Positions 33,691 through 34,629 of a DNA stretch of 34,629 nt are shown one piece after another (the first letter of the stretch is position 1; each line of letters begins with the position of its first letter). The translations under genes and the position numbers were made by a program. Source of the stretch: Catajapyx aquilonaris (Eukaryota); the NCBI GenBank assembly GCA_000934665.2, contig KZ539064.1, positions 1 through 34,629 on the forward strand. The letters run 5' to 3'. The notes under the pieces were generated by a model. That model was not told the origin of the DNA. It did not search any database and worked only from the letters and a program-made list of their open reading frames with translations.

Positions 33691-34629
33691 GGCAGGGTGG
33701 CCCGGTTCAGGTAATCATCAGTTGCTCTACAAAATGTGTTAGTTCGAGACATAACATGAAAATTGTAAATTGAGATTTTCCTCTGATTTTTATACGGTTG
33801 ATGTCAATGCATTTGCCAGCACCTGTTGCAACCTGCGCAGGCCTAATGATAACAATGGTTAAATGTCATTTGGATCTTAAATCATAATTATAATATATCA
33901 GGTTTGTGCTGTTATCATTGACTCATGTTAAATTAGAGGTACCCTACCGGTATTAAAATTAAAATGAGGGGTATTAAAGTAAGTTCCTTCTTTCCCTTAT
34001 ACAAGTACACGCATGAAAAAAAGTTATACAAGAGTGGTCTGACTACCCATAGCCAATGTCATCTGGCGCCAAACCAATATTAATAGTTGCCCTGGGATAT
34101 TTCGACGTAACTGAATCCACTTTGTAAACTACTTTCGTCTGATTCAGTGATTACGAGATATTTTAGCGAAAGAACCCCGTCGGACGTCCTTATTGCACAT
34201 TGCGGACGTCATATCGACAGAGTGGTGGATTTATAGACTATAATATAGTGACTATAAAAGTGACTATAAAAGTTCACAGAAGACCACTCGTGCGTAATAA
34301 TTATTTGCTCTCGGTTGTGGAGGTAATGAATGTACTAGCATTCATGTAGGATTTAATTATTTTATTATTGTTTCCAACGAAGAATTTATTCCTCTTCATT
34401 TTATAGCTTATGTTCATTGTTGTGTTAGTGAAGTATATAGCAGCATATTTCGCGATAGTTTTTCTTCGACTTTTGGGCGTTGTGTGCCATTTTCGAAATT
34501 TAATATTCCACCCCTATATATACATCAGTGACAAGTGTCACCTTTACGGTGAAATACTATAGTGTGTGTCCCCACCGGGGCCCACTACACCACGAAAAGA
34601 AAAAGGGGTACGTGTCTGGACGGACTTTT

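Noticed and set aside
1..34629. Prokaryotic systems (CRISPR, operons, rRNA)
   Set aside because: No repeat-spacer arrays or rRNA similarity. Spliceosomal introns and eukaryotic TEs occur throughout.

Overview
Eukaryotic (arthropod-like invertebrate) genomic DNA, intron- and transposon-rich, with one 10-N gap (25993-26002). (1) 3.3-15.7 kb, minus strand: three tandem paralogues built almost entirely from phase-0 exons. They share a promoter and N-terminal trunk but end in different DNA-binding modules. Copy 1 ends in four C2H2 fingers. Copy 2 ends in three Brinker-type helix-turn-helix domains followed by a stranded, stop-containing GATA zinc-finger exon that the ORF track misses. Copy 3 has two Brinker domains and is pseudogenised by a rearranged mariner, a frameshift and a stop. 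(2) 16.5-23.8 kb: a Mag-clade Ty3/gypsy element (minus strand, tRNA-Ser PBS, ~184-bp 5' LTR) carrying four nested insertions: a tRNA-SINE in the LTR, a 1.5-kb foldback element with 7-bp TSD in the leader, and a LINE 3' fragment replacing the 3' end, itself interrupted by a TTAA MITE. (3) 24.4-26.6 kb: an intact three-coding-exon MpaB/rubber-oxygenase-like gene. (4) The remainder is non-coding, with MITEs and trinucleotide microsatellites. All gene models are read by eye from splice signals and paralogue comparison; no database searches were run.
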